Origin: an uncultured Bacilli bacterium
Lineage (GTDB): Bacteria > Bacillota_I > Bacilli_A > RF39 > UBA660
Assembly: GCA_934090685.1 (NCBI GenBank)
Contig: CAKOJN010000003.1
Location: forward strand, 54,034-118,033
Length of the DNA: 64,000 nt
Reading direction: 5' to 3'
The notes under the pieces were generated by a model. The model had not been told where the DNA came from and made no database searches. It saw nothing but the letters and a program-made list of their open reading frames with translations. Each line of letters begins with the position of its first letter. Position 1 is the first letter of the stretch. Position numbers and translations under genes: made by a program. Below are positions 1 to 9,215 of this stretch, piece after piece.

Positions 1-1184
1 TTATTAATTCTTATCTTTTTAATGTAATTTTGTTCATCAGTCACTTTTAATTGAGTGCTGTTATCATTTAGTATGGCATTATTGTTATTGTTAATATTAG
101 TGGTATTATTATTATTTGAGAGCAATAATACCATTTTAATAAAATATATTTCAACCAACATTTTTTGACTAGATGTTTTCTTCAACTCATTTGATAATGA
201 GAATAATTCTTGACATAATTTAATGTAAATATCATCTTTAAAATTACAATATTTATCTAATTGAGACTCATATTCACTGTCAAAATAATTTTTAGTATTT
301 TTATAAATCAAAATATCTCTTATGAAAACTTGTAACTTATTACAAACACTATCAAAATTAATACCTTTATTGCAAAATTTTTCTAATATTTTTAATAAAT
401 TTGACATATCAGAATTAAAAATATTATTAACAACTTCTAATAATTCTTCATCAGTTATTTCACCAATTATTTTAAAAATATCATCAGTTGTAATATCATT
501 TTTGTTTAATGATAATATTTGGTCTAAAAGATTTATTGCATCCCTCATTCCGCCATCAGAAATTTTAGCTATTAATTTAATAACTTTATCATTTACAGTT
601 CTATTTTCTAATTTCAAAATTTTATTTAATTGTTTTTCAATTGAATCCGTTGAAATTTTTTCAAAATCAAACTTTTGACATCTTGAAATTACAGTACTCG
701 GAATTTTATTCACCTCTGTTGTAGCTAATATGAATATTGCATGAGCCGGAGGTTCTTCTAAAGTTTTTAATAAGGCATTAAAAGCACTTAATGATAACAT
801 ATGAACTTCATCTATTATATATACTTTATATTTTAATTTACTAGGCATCAAATTTATACTATTTCTAATTTCTCTTATTTCATCAACGCCATTATTACTT
901 GCTGCATCTATCTCTATAATGTCTATTTCATTGTTCATATTATTCAAACATACTTCACATTTTTCACATAAATCTCCAATATTAGGGTTAAGACAATTAA
1001 CTGCTTTAGAAAAAATTTTTGCAATACTAGTTTTTCCAACGCCTCTTGGTCCAGCAAAAATATATGCATGAGCAATTTTATTTTCTTTTATACTATTTTT
1101 CAGTATTTTAACAACTATTTCTTGGCCAACAACATCTTTAAATGTTTTTGGTCTATATTTACGATATAAAGATACATATGTCAT
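1..1184 (-). CDS. dnaX: DNA polymerase III subunit gamma/tau, N-terminal ~394 codons (3' end runs off the window)
   Basis: Absent from the ORF track because there is no stop in the window. Hand translation from ATG at 1184 (GGAGG RBS upstream) gives MTYVSLYRKYRPKTFKDVVGQE..FAGPRGVGKTS (Walker A)..IIDEVHMLS..LKTLEEPP..ISRCQKFDF, the clamp-loader signature. Confidence 0.9.
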   Translation of the reverse strand, partial: MTYVSLYRKYRPKTFKDVVGQEIVVKILKNSIKENKIAHAYIFAGPRGVGKTSIAKIFSKAVNCLNPNIGDLCEKCEVCLNNMNNEIDIIEIDAASNNGVDEIREIRNSINLMPSKLKYKVYIIDEVHMLSLSAFNALLKTLEEPPAHAIFILATTEVNKIPSTVISRCQKFDFEKISTDSIEKQLNKILKLENRTVNDKVIKLIAKISDGGMRDAINLLDQILSLNKNDITTDDIFKIIGEITDEELLEVVNNIFNSDMSNLLKILEKFCNKGINFDSVCNKLQVFIRDILIYKNTKNYFDSEYESQLDKYCNFKDDIYIKLCQELFSLSNELKKTSSQKMLVEIYFIKMVLLLSNNNNTTNINNNNNAILNDNSTQLKVTDEQNYIKKIRIN

Positions 1185-1226
1185 TTTTGCCTCCATAAAT
1201 ATTATAACAGTTTATTAACAATAATT

Positions 1227-1634
1227 CTACCTTTTGTTAACAAAGAATTCCTTTATTTCATTCAAAAAATAATCATTATCAGCAACATCTAATTGCTCAT
1301 ATTTAACTGTATCATTAATTTTTTTTGTTTTACTTAAAATATAATATACTTTTTTTATTCTTGCTTCATTTATTATACTTTTGCACATTTCACAAGGTTC
1401 TAATGTAACATATAATTCACAATCATTAAGATTCCATGTTTTAATTCGTTTGGCAGCTTTTATTATTGCTAAAATTTCAGCATGCGCTAGTGGACTATTT
1501 TTTTTCTGTCTTTTATTATATTCTTTAGCAATTATCTTATTATTTTTCACTATTATACAAGAAACTGGAACATCTCCGTGTTTTAACGCTATATTATTTA
1601 ATTTTTTTAATTGTTCAATAATTATTTTTTTCAT
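1227..1634 (-). CDS. tadA: tRNA-specific adenosine deaminase
   Basis: 135 aa with the CMP/dCMP deaminase zinc motifs HAE..PCEMC. It has the classic tadA/ffs/dnaX neighbourhood. Confidence 0.88.
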   Translation of the reverse strand: MKKIIIEQLKKLNNIALKHGDVPVSCIIVKNNKIIAKEYNKRQKKNSPLAHAEILAIIKAAKRIKTWNLNDCELYVTLEPCEMCKSIINEARIKKVYYILSKTKKINDTVKYEQLDVADNDYFLNEIKEFFVNKR

Positions 1635-1674
1635 ATTATTTTACTCTTATGCAAACATTTTTTCGTATTTTTTT

Positions 1675-1757
1675 AAAAAAATATGTGCACACAATCATTT
1701 TGTTTAAGGCTGCTATCTTCCGATCCTGACCTGTTTCACAAACTAACTGTTGCACGT
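1675..1757 (-). ncRNA. ffs: Small (4.5S-type, ~80 nt) signal recognition particle RNA
   Basis: The minus strand reads GTGCAACAGTTAGTTTGTGAAACAGGTCAGGATCGGAAGATAGCAGCCTTAAACAAAATGATTGTGTGCAC followed by a T-run. The core AGGTCAGG..GGAAG..AGCAGCC matches the conserved SRP domain IV (E. coli 4.5S: CAGGUCAGGUCCGGAAGGAAGCAGCC). The 5' and 3' arms pair into one long hairpin. The ends are approximate. Confidence 0.75.
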
Positions 1758-1761
1758 ATTT

Positions 1762-1791
1762 ATTATATCATTGATTACATATCATTTTCAA
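1762..1791 (-). promoter_or_regulatory. Sigma-A-type promoter for ffs
   Basis: On the minus strand: TTGAAA (1791-1786), an 18-bp spacer, then TATAAT (1767-1762), about 6-8 nt upstream of the SRP RNA 5' arm. Confidence 0.5.
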
Positions 1792-1840
1792 GTATTATTT
1801 TTATTTATTATACATTTGTCATTAATTATTTTAATTAATA

Positions 1841-1856
1841 TGTTTCACGTGGAACA
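1841..1856. promoter_or_regulatory. parS centromere-like site (exact 16-mer)
   Basis: TGTTTCACGTGGAACA is the reverse complement of TGTTCCACGTGAAACA and an exact fit to the Firmicute parS consensus TGTTNCACGTGAAACA. It is embedded in a 36-bp near-palindrome TTAATTAATATGTTTCACGTGGAACATATTAATTAA. Confidence 0.85.
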
Positions 1857-2428
1857 TATTAATTAAAAATCAGTTATTAAAAATAGGTAATATCACATTA
1901 TAATATACATTGAGGTTAAAAATAAATAAATTTTAATATTATCCTTTATAATTGTACATTTTTTTAAATGGCATTTGTATTTTAAATATAAATTAATATT
2001 AAATATTATTATTGTATTTTTAATTATATTATTTATGACATACTTAAAATAATATAATAGGTAATATATATTAAATACATTAATGATTTAATTCTGACAT
2101 TTTAATTTCTTTATATTTTTTAAAAAAGTTTACTATATTAAAATAATATACAATATTTATTATTTTATCTGTTTTATTTATAAAATAATGTTTTTAAAAT
2201 AATAATTTCACTATTCTTGTGTTTTTACTTTTATTGTAAATTGTTAATATTTATTTTAATAGTTACTATCAAATATTTATAAATTTAGAGAGCAATTACT
2301 TTTTATTATATTACTTTTAGTAAATAATTATTAAATGTTTTGTATTAGAACCTTGAAATATATTAAAATACAAAACATTGTTTTGAAATATATAGAATAA
2401 ACAATAATTATTTTTTATCTTAATAAAT

Positions 2429-2444
2429 TATTTCCCGGGAAATA
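2429..2444. promoter_or_regulatory. Noc-binding-site (NBS)-type palindrome
   Basis: TATTTCCCGGGAAATA contains the B. subtilis NBS consensus ATTTCCCGGGAAAT exactly. It is part of a 29-bp segment (2425-2453) repeated identically at 2766-2794. Confidence 0.8.
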
Positions 2445-2726
2445 ATTTATTAATTATAAAATGCTTGATCTATATTTTTATATTTTATTTAAATTAAATT
2501 TATTAATGATAGTTTATTTTTTTAAGTTATATTTTACCTGAATTATAAAACAATATTAATATTTTTTAATTATTTTAAATAAATACGACTTTTTATATTA
2601 TATTTAATGAACTACTATTTTTTAAAAAAATCAATGACATTATAGTATTATAATTGTTTTTTTACAGTTGATACTTACTTTTTAATTTAAAATTATCATA
2701 ATATATAATTTTCATATAAAATGCTA

Positions 2727-2742
2727 TGTTCCACGTGAAACA
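2727..2742. promoter_or_regulatory. parS centromere-like site (exact 16-mer)
   Basis: TGTTCCACGTGAAACA is an exact parS consensus match. It lies 66 bp beyond the gyrA stop. On the minus-strand transcript it would also fold as a hairpin followed by UUUUAU. Confidence 0.85.
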
Positions 2743-2769
2743 TAGTATTTTATAATATAATGTTAAAAT

Positions 2770-2785
2770 TATTTCCCGGGAAATA
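2770..2785. promoter_or_regulatory. Noc-binding-site (NBS)-type palindrome, possibly doubling as the gyrA terminator stem
   Basis: TATTTCCCGGGAAATA is the second copy of the 29-bp repeat AAATTATTTCCCGGGAAATAATTTATTAA (2766-2794). It lies 23 bp beyond the gyrA stop codon. Confidence 0.8.
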
Positions 2786-2807
2786 ATTTATTAAAAAAAG
2801 AAGAAAA

Positions 2808-5393
2808 TTATTCATTTTCTTCATTTAGTTCTTTATCAATAATAGAAATTGAAGCAACTTTGTTGCTATTTTTTAAATTTATTAATTTTACACCTTTAGT
2901 TACCCTTCCCATTTCAGATATATTATTAACATCCATTCTAATGATAATTCCATTTTCAGTAATTATCATTAAATCTTTATCATTATCAGTAGATTTAAAT
3001 CCTATAACTTTACCATTTTTCTCTGATATATTAATGGTTTTAACCCCTTTACTTCCTCTTTTTGTTTCCCTATATTCAGAAATTGAAGTTTTTTTGCCAT
3101 AACCATTTTCTGTAACAACTAATAATAATTTATCGTCTTCAGAAACCTCTGTACCAACGCAAATATCATTTACTAAATTTATGCCTTTAACTCCTGACGC
3201 AGTACGTCCCATAATTCTTACTTCATTTTCATCAAAACGCGCCATTCTTCCGTTTGAAGAACACATTAAGATTTGATTATCACCAGTTGTTTTTTTAACA
3301 GATATTAATTCATCATCATCTTTTAAAGTTATAGCAATTTTTCCTGATTGCCTTATGTTATCAAATTCGCTAATCAAAGTTCTCTTAATTAAACCTTGTT
3401 TTGTACTAAAAAGCAAACATTTGTATGTGTTATCCTTTTCAATTTTAATAATGGTATTAATTTTTTCGTCTTTTTCTATTTGAATCAAATTAATTAATGG
3501 TAATCCCTTACCTACACGAGAATATTCTGGAATATTATAACCTTTCAATCTATAAACTTTACCTTTATTTGAAAAGAATAGTACATAATCATGCGTATTT
3601 AAAGAAATTAATTGTTCAACAAAATCTTCATCTGTTGTTGTCATCCCTTTTATTCCAACTCCACCTCGATTTTGAGATTTATAAGTATCTTTTGGAATTC
3701 TCTTTATATAATTTTTATTTGTAATTGTTACAATTACTTCCTCTTGAGGTATTAAAGATTCGTCTTCGATATAATCTACAGCTGTCATATCAATAGTAGT
3801 TCTTCTGTCATCACCATACTTATTCTTGATTTCTAACATTTCTTTCTTAATAATATCTAAAACTTTCTTTTCTGATGCTAAAATTGATTTTAATTCTTCT
3901 ATTTCTTTTAATAAAGTTTCTAATTCTGCTTCAATTTTTTCTCTTTCTAATCCAGTTAATCTTCTTAATTTTAATTCTAAAATTGCATCCGATTGAATTT
4001 CATCAAGACCAAATCTACTTATCAATTTTAATTTTGCTTCTTGATCTGTTTCTGCTGTTTTAATAATTTTAATTACTTCATCTATATTATCCTGTGCTAT
4101 TTTGTAACCATTCAATATATGTACTCGTTTCTCATCTTTATTTAAATCAAATCTTGTTCTTCTTATAATAACTTCACGTTGATGGTCAATATATTTAGAA
4201 ATAATTGATTTTAATCCCAGCGTTTTAGGAGTTAAACCATCTAACATTAAGAATATTATTCCATAGTTAATTTGAAATGAAGTATGCTTATATAAATTGT
4301 TTAAAACAACTTGAGGATTAGCATCTCTTTTTAATGTAATAGTTATTTTTACTCCATCTTTTAAATCTGTATGGTAATCAGAAATACCTTCAATAACCTT
4401 GGTATGAACTAATTCTGCCACCTTATTCTTAAGTTCCATAGTATTCACTCCAAATGGAACTTCTGTAAATACTATGCAATTATGTCCGTTATGTTCTTCT
4501 ATTGTTGCTTTACTTCTAATTGTTATAGAACCTCTACCTGTTTCATATGCTTTTTTTATGCCAGAATTACCAAGTATTACACCTCCAGTGGGAAAATCAG
4601 GACCTTTTATATATTGCATTAATTCATCTATTGTTATATCAGGATTGTCTATATATGCAACACAACCATCGATAACTTCTGATAAATTATGAGGCGGAAT
4701 ATTAGTTGCCATACCAACTGCAATGCCCATTGAACCATTTACTAAAATATTAGGAAATCTTGATGGTAAAACTTTTGGTTCTTTTTTTGTAACATCAAAG
4801 TTATCATCCATATCAACAGTATCCTTATTTATATCTTTTAATAATTCTAATGATATTTTTGCTAAACGAGATTCAGTATATCTCATTGCAGCAGCACCAT
4901 CACCTTCAACGTTACCAAAATTGCCATGGCCATCTACTAGCATATATCTTTGATTAAAATCTTGTGCTAGACGTACCATTGCTTCATATATTGATGAATC
5001 GCCATGAGGATGATAATGTCCCATAACATATCCAACTGTTGTTGCACATTTTCTATGAGGTTTATCTGGTGTATATCCACATTCATACATTGACCATAAA
5101 ATTCTTCTGTGAACAGGTTTTAAACCATCTCTTAAGTCTGGCAAAGCACGTGATGCTATAACACTCATTGAATATTCTATAAATGATGTACTTACTTCTT
5201 TAACTATATCATTATGATCTAATCTATCTCTCTCGTGAAAATATCCACTAAATTCATTGTCTTTTTTTTCTGCTATTGATGTATTAGTATTATCCAAGTT
5301 ATCTGTTGTTAAAGAATCATTACTATTATCACTATCATTATCTAGTGCTCTGTTTAATAATTCTTCATTAATATTCTTTTCTTCGTTATTCAT
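2808..5393 (-). CDS. gyrA: DNA gyrase subunit A
   Basis: 861 aa with the motifs YSMSVIASRALPDLRDGLKPVHRR and AAMRYTE (active-site Tyr) plus C-terminal beta-pinwheel repeats. A GGAGG RBS precedes the ATG. The N-terminus has an N/D-rich extension. Confidence 0.97.
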   Translation of the reverse strand: MNNEEKNINEELLNRALDNDSDNSNDSLTTDNLDNTNTSIAEKKDNEFSGYFHERDRLDHNDIVKEVSTSFIEYSMSVIASRALPDLRDGLKPVHRRILWSMYECGYTPDKPHRKCATTVGYVMGHYHPHGDSSIYEAMVRLAQDFNQRYMLVDGHGNFGNVEGDGAAAMRYTESRLAKISLELLKDINKDTVDMDDNFDVTKKEPKVLPSRFPNILVNGSMGIAVGMATNIPPHNLSEVIDGCVAYIDNPDITIDELMQYIKGPDFPTGGVILGNSGIKKAYETGRGSITIRSKATIEEHNGHNCIVFTEVPFGVNTMELKNKVAELVHTKVIEGISDYHTDLKDGVKITITLKRDANPQVVLNNLYKHTSFQINYGIIFLMLDGLTPKTLGLKSIISKYIDHQREVIIRRTRFDLNKDEKRVHILNGYKIAQDNIDEVIKIIKTAETDQEAKLKLISRFGLDEIQSDAILELKLRRLTGLEREKIEAELETLLKEIEELKSILASEKKVLDIIKKEMLEIKNKYGDDRRTTIDMTAVDYIEDESLIPQEEVIVTITNKNYIKRIPKDTYKSQNRGGVGIKGMTTTDEDFVEQLISLNTHDYVLFFSNKGKVYRLKGYNIPEYSRVGKGLPLINLIQIEKDEKINTIIKIEKDNTYKCLLFSTKQGLIKRTLISEFDNIRQSGKIAITLKDDDELISVKKTTGDNQILMCSSNGRMARFDENEVRIMGRTASGVKGINLVNDICVGTEVSEDDKLLLVVTENGYGKKTSISEYRETKRGSKGVKTINISEKNGKVIGFKSTDNDKDLMIITENGIIIRMDVNNISEMGRVTKGVKLINLKNSNKVASISIIDKELNEENE

Positions 5394-5405
5394 ATTTATT
5401 TCCTC

Positions 5406-7325
5406 CTATATATCAAGATTTTTAACATAACCTGCATTTTCTTCTATAAATTTTCTTCTAGGTTCTACTTCGTCACCCATTAATTTTTCAAAGATTGCAT
5501 CTGCTGCAATACAATCATCAACAGTTATTTTTCTTAAAACTCTTTTTTCAATATCCATAGTTGTCTCATTTAATTCTTCCGCATCCATTTCACCAAGTCC
5601 TTTCATTCTTGCTATTTCCGCTCTTTGCCTTACATTTTCAGGTAAAGATTCTAAATAACTATCCAGTTCCTTTGGACTTAATACATATTTTCTTGTTTTT
5701 CCATGCATAATTCTGAATAATGGAGGCTGAGCAGCATATACATGACCTGCTTCCACAATTGGTTTAAAAAATCTATAAAATAAAGTTAATAACAATACCC
5801 TAATGTGAGAACCATCTACATCTGCATCGGTCATTATTATAATTTTGTCATATCTTAATTTAGATAGATCAAAATATTCTCCAATACCAGTACCAAATGC
5901 AGTTATTATTGTTTTAATTTCTTCGTTTCCTAATGCTCTATCTAATCTAGCCTTTTCAACATTCAATATTTTTCCTCTCAATGGTAAAATTGCTTGTGTC
6001 ATGGAATTTCTACCTTTTTTAGCAGAACCACCGGCTGAATCTCCCTCGACAATAAATATTTCAGATTCAGATGGATCTTTACTTTTACAATCAGATAATT
6101 TACCAAAAAAATTTGTTATTGTTAAATCTGTTTTTCTTGTTGCTTCACGTGCTTTTTTAGCAGCCATTCTAGCGTTTCTAGCTAATATAGCTTTATTAAC
6201 AATAATTTTAGCGGAGTCGGGATTTTCTAATAAAAACTGTTCAAAACCTTCTGCAAATACAGCATCAGCAATAGGTTTTACGTCAGAATTTCCTAATCTA
6301 CCTTTAGTTTGACCTTCAAATTGAGGATTAGGATGTTTACATGAAATGATCATTGTAATTCCTTCTTTTACATCATCCTCTCTCAAATTATCATCTTTCT
6401 CTTTTAAAATATTTGATTTTCTAGCATAAGCATTTATAACTCTAACCAATGCTCTTTTAACACCATCCTCATGGGTACCACCATCATGAGTGTTAATATT
6501 ATTAACAAATGAATATATATTTTCATTATATCCTGAATTGTACTGTAATGCTACTTCAAAGAAAATTCCATTTTTTTCACCTTCTAAATGAATAATATTA
6601 TCATGAATAGGGGTTTTACCTTGATTGATAAATCTAACATATTCACTTATTCCACCTTCGTATAAGAATTTTTCACCTTGTGTATCTTCATCATCTCTAT
6701 CGTCTCTTAATGTTAGCTGAAGACCTTTATTTAAAAATGCTAACTCCCTTGTTCTAATTTTTAAAGTTTCATAATCAAAAATATCAGTATCAAATATTTC
6801 AGAATCAGGTTTAAATGATACTGTAGTTCCCGTTCTATTTGGTTCACATTCACCAATTATTGTTAATTTTTGAGCAGTCTTACCACCATCCTCAAATTTT
6901 GTTTGATAAATTTTACAATCTTTATATACAGTAACTACAACCCATTTAGATAATGCATTAACTACTGATGCACCTACACCATGTAATCCACCAGAAACTT
7001 TGTAACCACCACCGCCAAATTTTCCACCAGCGTGAAGAACTGTATAAACAGTCTCAACAGTTGAAATTCCTGTTTTTGGATGAATACCTACCGGAATACC
7101 TCTTCCATCATCCTTAACTGTAATTGAATTATCTTTATTAATTATTATTTCAATATTATGACAAAAACCAGCTAGTGCTTCATCAATAGAGTTATCAACA
7201 ATTTCCCATACTAAATGATGCAAGCCCTTAACATCAGTAGTACCAATATACATTCCAGGTCTCTTTCTTACAGCCTCCAATCCCTCTAATACTTGAATTT
7301 CATTTACTCCATAATCATCATTCAT
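5406..7325 (-). CDS. gyrB: DNA gyrase subunit B
   Basis: Motifs [16 protein letters not shown], the GHKL ATPase fold, the Toprim EGDSAGG, and [12 protein letters not shown]. The track start (7334) is a GTG overlapping the recF stop. The ATG at 7325 has better RBS spacing. Confidence 0.95.
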   Translation of the reverse strand: MNDDYGVNEIQVLEGLEAVRKRPGMYIGTTDVKGLHHLVWEIVDNSIDEALAGFCHNIEIIINKDNSITVKDDGRGIPVGIHPKTGISTVETVYTVLHAGGKFGGGGYKVSGGLHGVGASVVNALSKWVVVTVYKDCKIYQTKFEDGGKTAQKLTIIGECEPNRTGTTVSFKPDSEIFDTDIFDYETLKIRTRELAFLNKGLQLTLRDDRDDEDTQGEKFLYEGGISEYVRFINQGKTPIHDNIIHLEGEKNGIFFEVALQYNSGYNENIYSFVNNINTHDGGTHEDGVKRALVRVINAYARKSNILKEKDDNLREDDVKEGITMIISCKHPNPQFEGQTKGRLGNSDVKPIADAVFAEGFEQFLLENPDSAKIIVNKAILARNARMAAKKAREATRKTDLTITNFFGKLSDCKSKDPSESEIFIVEGDSAGGSAKKGRNSMTQAILPLRGKILNVEKARLDRALGNEEIKTIITAFGTGIGEYFDLSKLRYDKIIIMTDADVDGSHIRVLLLTLFYRFFKPIVEAGHVYAAQPPLFRIMHGKTRKYVLSPKELDSYLESLPENVRQRAEIARMKGLGEMDAEELNETTMDIEKRVLRKITVDDCIAADAIFEKLMGDEVEPRRKFIEENAGYVKNLDI

Positions 7326-7330
7326 TTTAA

Positions 7331-8413
7331 TCACCTTCCTATTTCATCTAAATTATAAATTTTTGCTTTATTTAATATATTTTTATTAATACTTTTTAAA
7401 TCTGTGGTTGTAATAAATATTTGAATATCATTACTTAACGATTTAAAAATATTATTTCTATTTTTTTCATCAAGTTCACTAAATAAATCATCAAGCAATA
7501 AAATTGGTTTTATATCATAATCATTAATAAATATACAAATTTCAGACAGTTTCATAGCTAAAACAATTAATTTTTGAATTCCCTGAGAACAATATTCTCT
7601 TGCATCATAATTATCATATAAGAAAATAATATCATCACGATGGATTCCAAATAATGCTATACCAGTCTTAATTTCTTTTGTTCTATTTTTTTTAATTGAT
7701 TCTAATATTTTGTCTTTATTTTCATCTTTAAAATCAGATATGTATTGTAAACATATTTTTCCTTTCTTATCATAATTTTTATATATATCGTTGATATAAT
7801 TATTTATTTTAAATATATATTCTCGCCTGAAATTATAAATTTTCAAACCTTCTTCAGAAATTTTTTCATCAATAATGTTTAAATATTCAATATCAGATGA
7901 TTTATTTAAATTTAATCTTTTTAAATACTCATTTTTGTTTTTAATTAAATTATTATAATTATTTAAATTTTTTAAATACTGTTTATTTAATTGTGAAAGT
8001 TCAATGTTAAAATAATTTCTTCTGACTGATGGTGCTGATCTTATAAGTTTAAGTTCATCTGGCGAAAGTATAATAATTCTATACTGCGATATAAATTCAC
8101 TTAATTTTTTTTGAGGAAATGAGTTAATTTTAGTTTTTGTCCCAAACTTATCATAAAGTAATTCTAAGTTTTTCTTAATTCCATAATCATAACAAGCAAT
8201 TTTTATTTTAAAAAAATTTTCTCCTTTTTTTATTATAGACCACTCGTTATTAGTCTTAAAAGACTTTGCTAAACTACCAATATAAATAGATTCAATAATA
8301 GATGTCTTACCAATTCCATTTTTTCCAATTATAATATTTAAATTTGAAAATTTATCAAATATTTTTTTTCTATAATTTCTAAAATTTAATAATTCAATTT
8401 TGGTAATATTCAT
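7331..8413 (-). CDS. recF: DNA replication and repair protein RecF
   Basis: 360 aa with N-terminal Walker [10 protein letters not shown] and an SMC-like signature/Walker [12 protein letters not shown]. It occupies the canonical position upstream of gyrB. Confidence 0.92.
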   Translation of the reverse strand: MNITKIELLNFRNYRKKIFDKFSNLNIIIGKNGIGKTSIIESIYIGSLAKSFKTNNEWSIIKKGENFFKIKIACYDYGIKKNLELLYDKFGTKTKINSFPQKKLSEFISQYRIIILSPDELKLIRSAPSVRRNYFNIELSQLNKQYLKNLNNYNNLIKNKNEYLKRLNLNKSSDIEYLNIIDEKISEEGLKIYNFRREYIFKINNYINDIYKNYDKKGKICLQYISDFKDENKDKILESIKKNRTKEIKTGIALFGIHRDDIIFLYDNYDAREYCSQGIQKLIVLAMKLSEICIFINDYDIKPILLLDDLFSELDEKNRNNIFKSLSNDIQIFITTTDLKSINKNILNKAKIYNLDEIGR

Positions 8414-8525
8414 TTTAAACCTCTTTTACCCCCAAATTTTGAGTTTTTCTTTTTTTATGTACACCTACACACTGTTATAATTATACCATAATTTAAGGTA
8501 TAAAAAAAGGAAAAAGTAATTTTTC

Positions 8526-8978
8526 TTATACTTTTCCCTTAATTCTTTCTTCAAGAATATATTTTAATCTTGATGCACGTAAAATTTGATTTGTTAATGA
8601 ACCAATTGATACATCAAATTCTATAATATCTCCATTTTTAAATTCAATAATTGACTTTTTTTGTGAAGATTTATAATACCTATTGATTTTTTCTAAGTTT
8701 ATCCAAATACAATCATTTCTATCTGGAGAAGTTGTCGGAAAAAATATTATTTTTCTACTTTCTTCAACTATTATAGGTGATTTATGAGTTATTCCAAGTA
8801 ACTTTTTTGTTCCTTCTCTTCTTCCGTCAAAAGAACTTCCAAAATACTCGCAGCTGTGTTCCAAAATTTGCATTGGAGTTACATTTACTACATATGACTC
8901 ATTATTTTCTATAATTTTAGAACTCTTACTATCCATAGGCAATATAACTTGAGTATCAAATGTTATTTCATAATCCAT
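8526..8978 (-). CDS. ComK-family competence transcription factor homologue (short, 150 aa)
   Basis: It aligns along its length with B. subtilis ComK as I remember it: FGSSFDGRREGT vs FGSSYAGRKAGT, THKSPIIV vs SHKPPIMV, IIFFPTTSP..DCIWI vs IFLFPTLSS..QCGWI. A strong AAGGAGG RBS is present. Confidence 0.75.
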   Translation of the reverse strand: MDYEITFDTQVILPMDSKSSKIIENNESYVVNVTPMQILEHSCEYFGSSFDGRREGTKKLLGITHKSPIIVEESRKIIFFPTTSPDRNDCIWINLEKINRYYKSSQKKSIIEFKNGDIIEFDVSIGSLTNQILRASRLKYILEERIKGKV

Positions 8979-9026
8979 ATTTTCCTCCTTTTCTTAAATA
9001 TTTGTTTGATATGGTAACACAATTAA

Positions 9027-9055
9027 TTTGTCGAATTTTGTCGAATTTTGTCGAA
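9027..9055 (+). promoter_or_regulatory. Three tandem Spo0A-box-like repeats (TTTTGTCGAA x3, 10-bp period)
   Basis: AATTTGTCGAATTTTGTCGAATTTTGTCGAAAAA: each unit contains an exact 0A box TGTCGAA (consensus TGNCGAA / TTTGTCRAA). The array lies 49-77 bp upstream of the comK-like start. Confidence 0.65.
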
Positions 9056-9159
9056 AAATGTAAAAAAAATAAAAAACATCCATTTTTTAGATTGATTTTA
9101 AAATATTTTAACAAGATGTTCACATAATTTTGATTAATTAAATTTAATAATTTTTTTTA

Positions 9160-9191
9160 CACAAAAAAATATAGTCTTCGATTTGACTATA
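9160..9191 (-). terminator. Rho-independent terminator after dnaN
   Basis: On the minus strand: TATAGTC-aaatcgaa-GACTATA hairpin followed by TTTTTTTG. Confidence 0.6.
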
Positions 9192-9215
9192 TTTATTAAA
9201 AAAAATTTATATTTG

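Noticed and set aside
322-678. 118-aa plus-strand ORF in the track.
   Set aside because: It lies entirely antisense to the strongly supported dnaX coding sequence. The product is low-complexity and I/L/F/S-rich, typical of shadow frames in AT-rich DNA.
1381-1707. 108-aa plus-strand ORF overlapping tadA and the SRP RNA.
   Set aside because: It is antisense to tadA (clear deaminase motifs) and runs into the ffs gene. There is no RBS, and the composition is that of a hydrophobic shadow ORF.
1836-1871. A 36-bp near-palindrome, first read as a transcription terminator.
   Set aside because: No T-run follows on either strand, and nothing is transcribed towards it on the plus strand. Its 16-bp core is an exact parS site, which explains it better. 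The copies at 2727-2742 and 2770-2785 may still double as gyrA terminator stems.
1870-2425. Possible small protein genes, an sRNA, or a second DnaA-box cluster in the AT-rich spacer. This includes the 13-bp inverted repeat AATGTTTTGTATT / AATACAAAACATT (about 2335-2379) and a duplicated TTGAAATATAT.
   Set aside because: Only 2-7-codon ORFs are present, with no RBS and no convincing TTATCCACA-like boxes. In DNA this AT-rich, short inverted or direct repeats and promoter-like hexamers are expected by chance. I left this as part of the spacer finding rather than calling features.
2808-5393. The N/D-rich N-terminal extension of GyrA (about 35 extra residues), considered as a special feature.
   Set aside because: Low-complexity N/D/K insertions recur in several proteins of this AT-rich genome (the ParB-like protein, and the RpoE tail is native). 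It most likely reflects compositional drift rather than a distinct function.
2860-6312. Several 60-155-aa plus-strand ORFs inside gyrA/gyrB (2860-3102, 3497-3724, 3875-4063, 4474-4692, 4723-4953, 5845-6312).
   Set aside because: All are antisense to the gyrase genes, which have unambiguous motifs. They are shadow ORFs.
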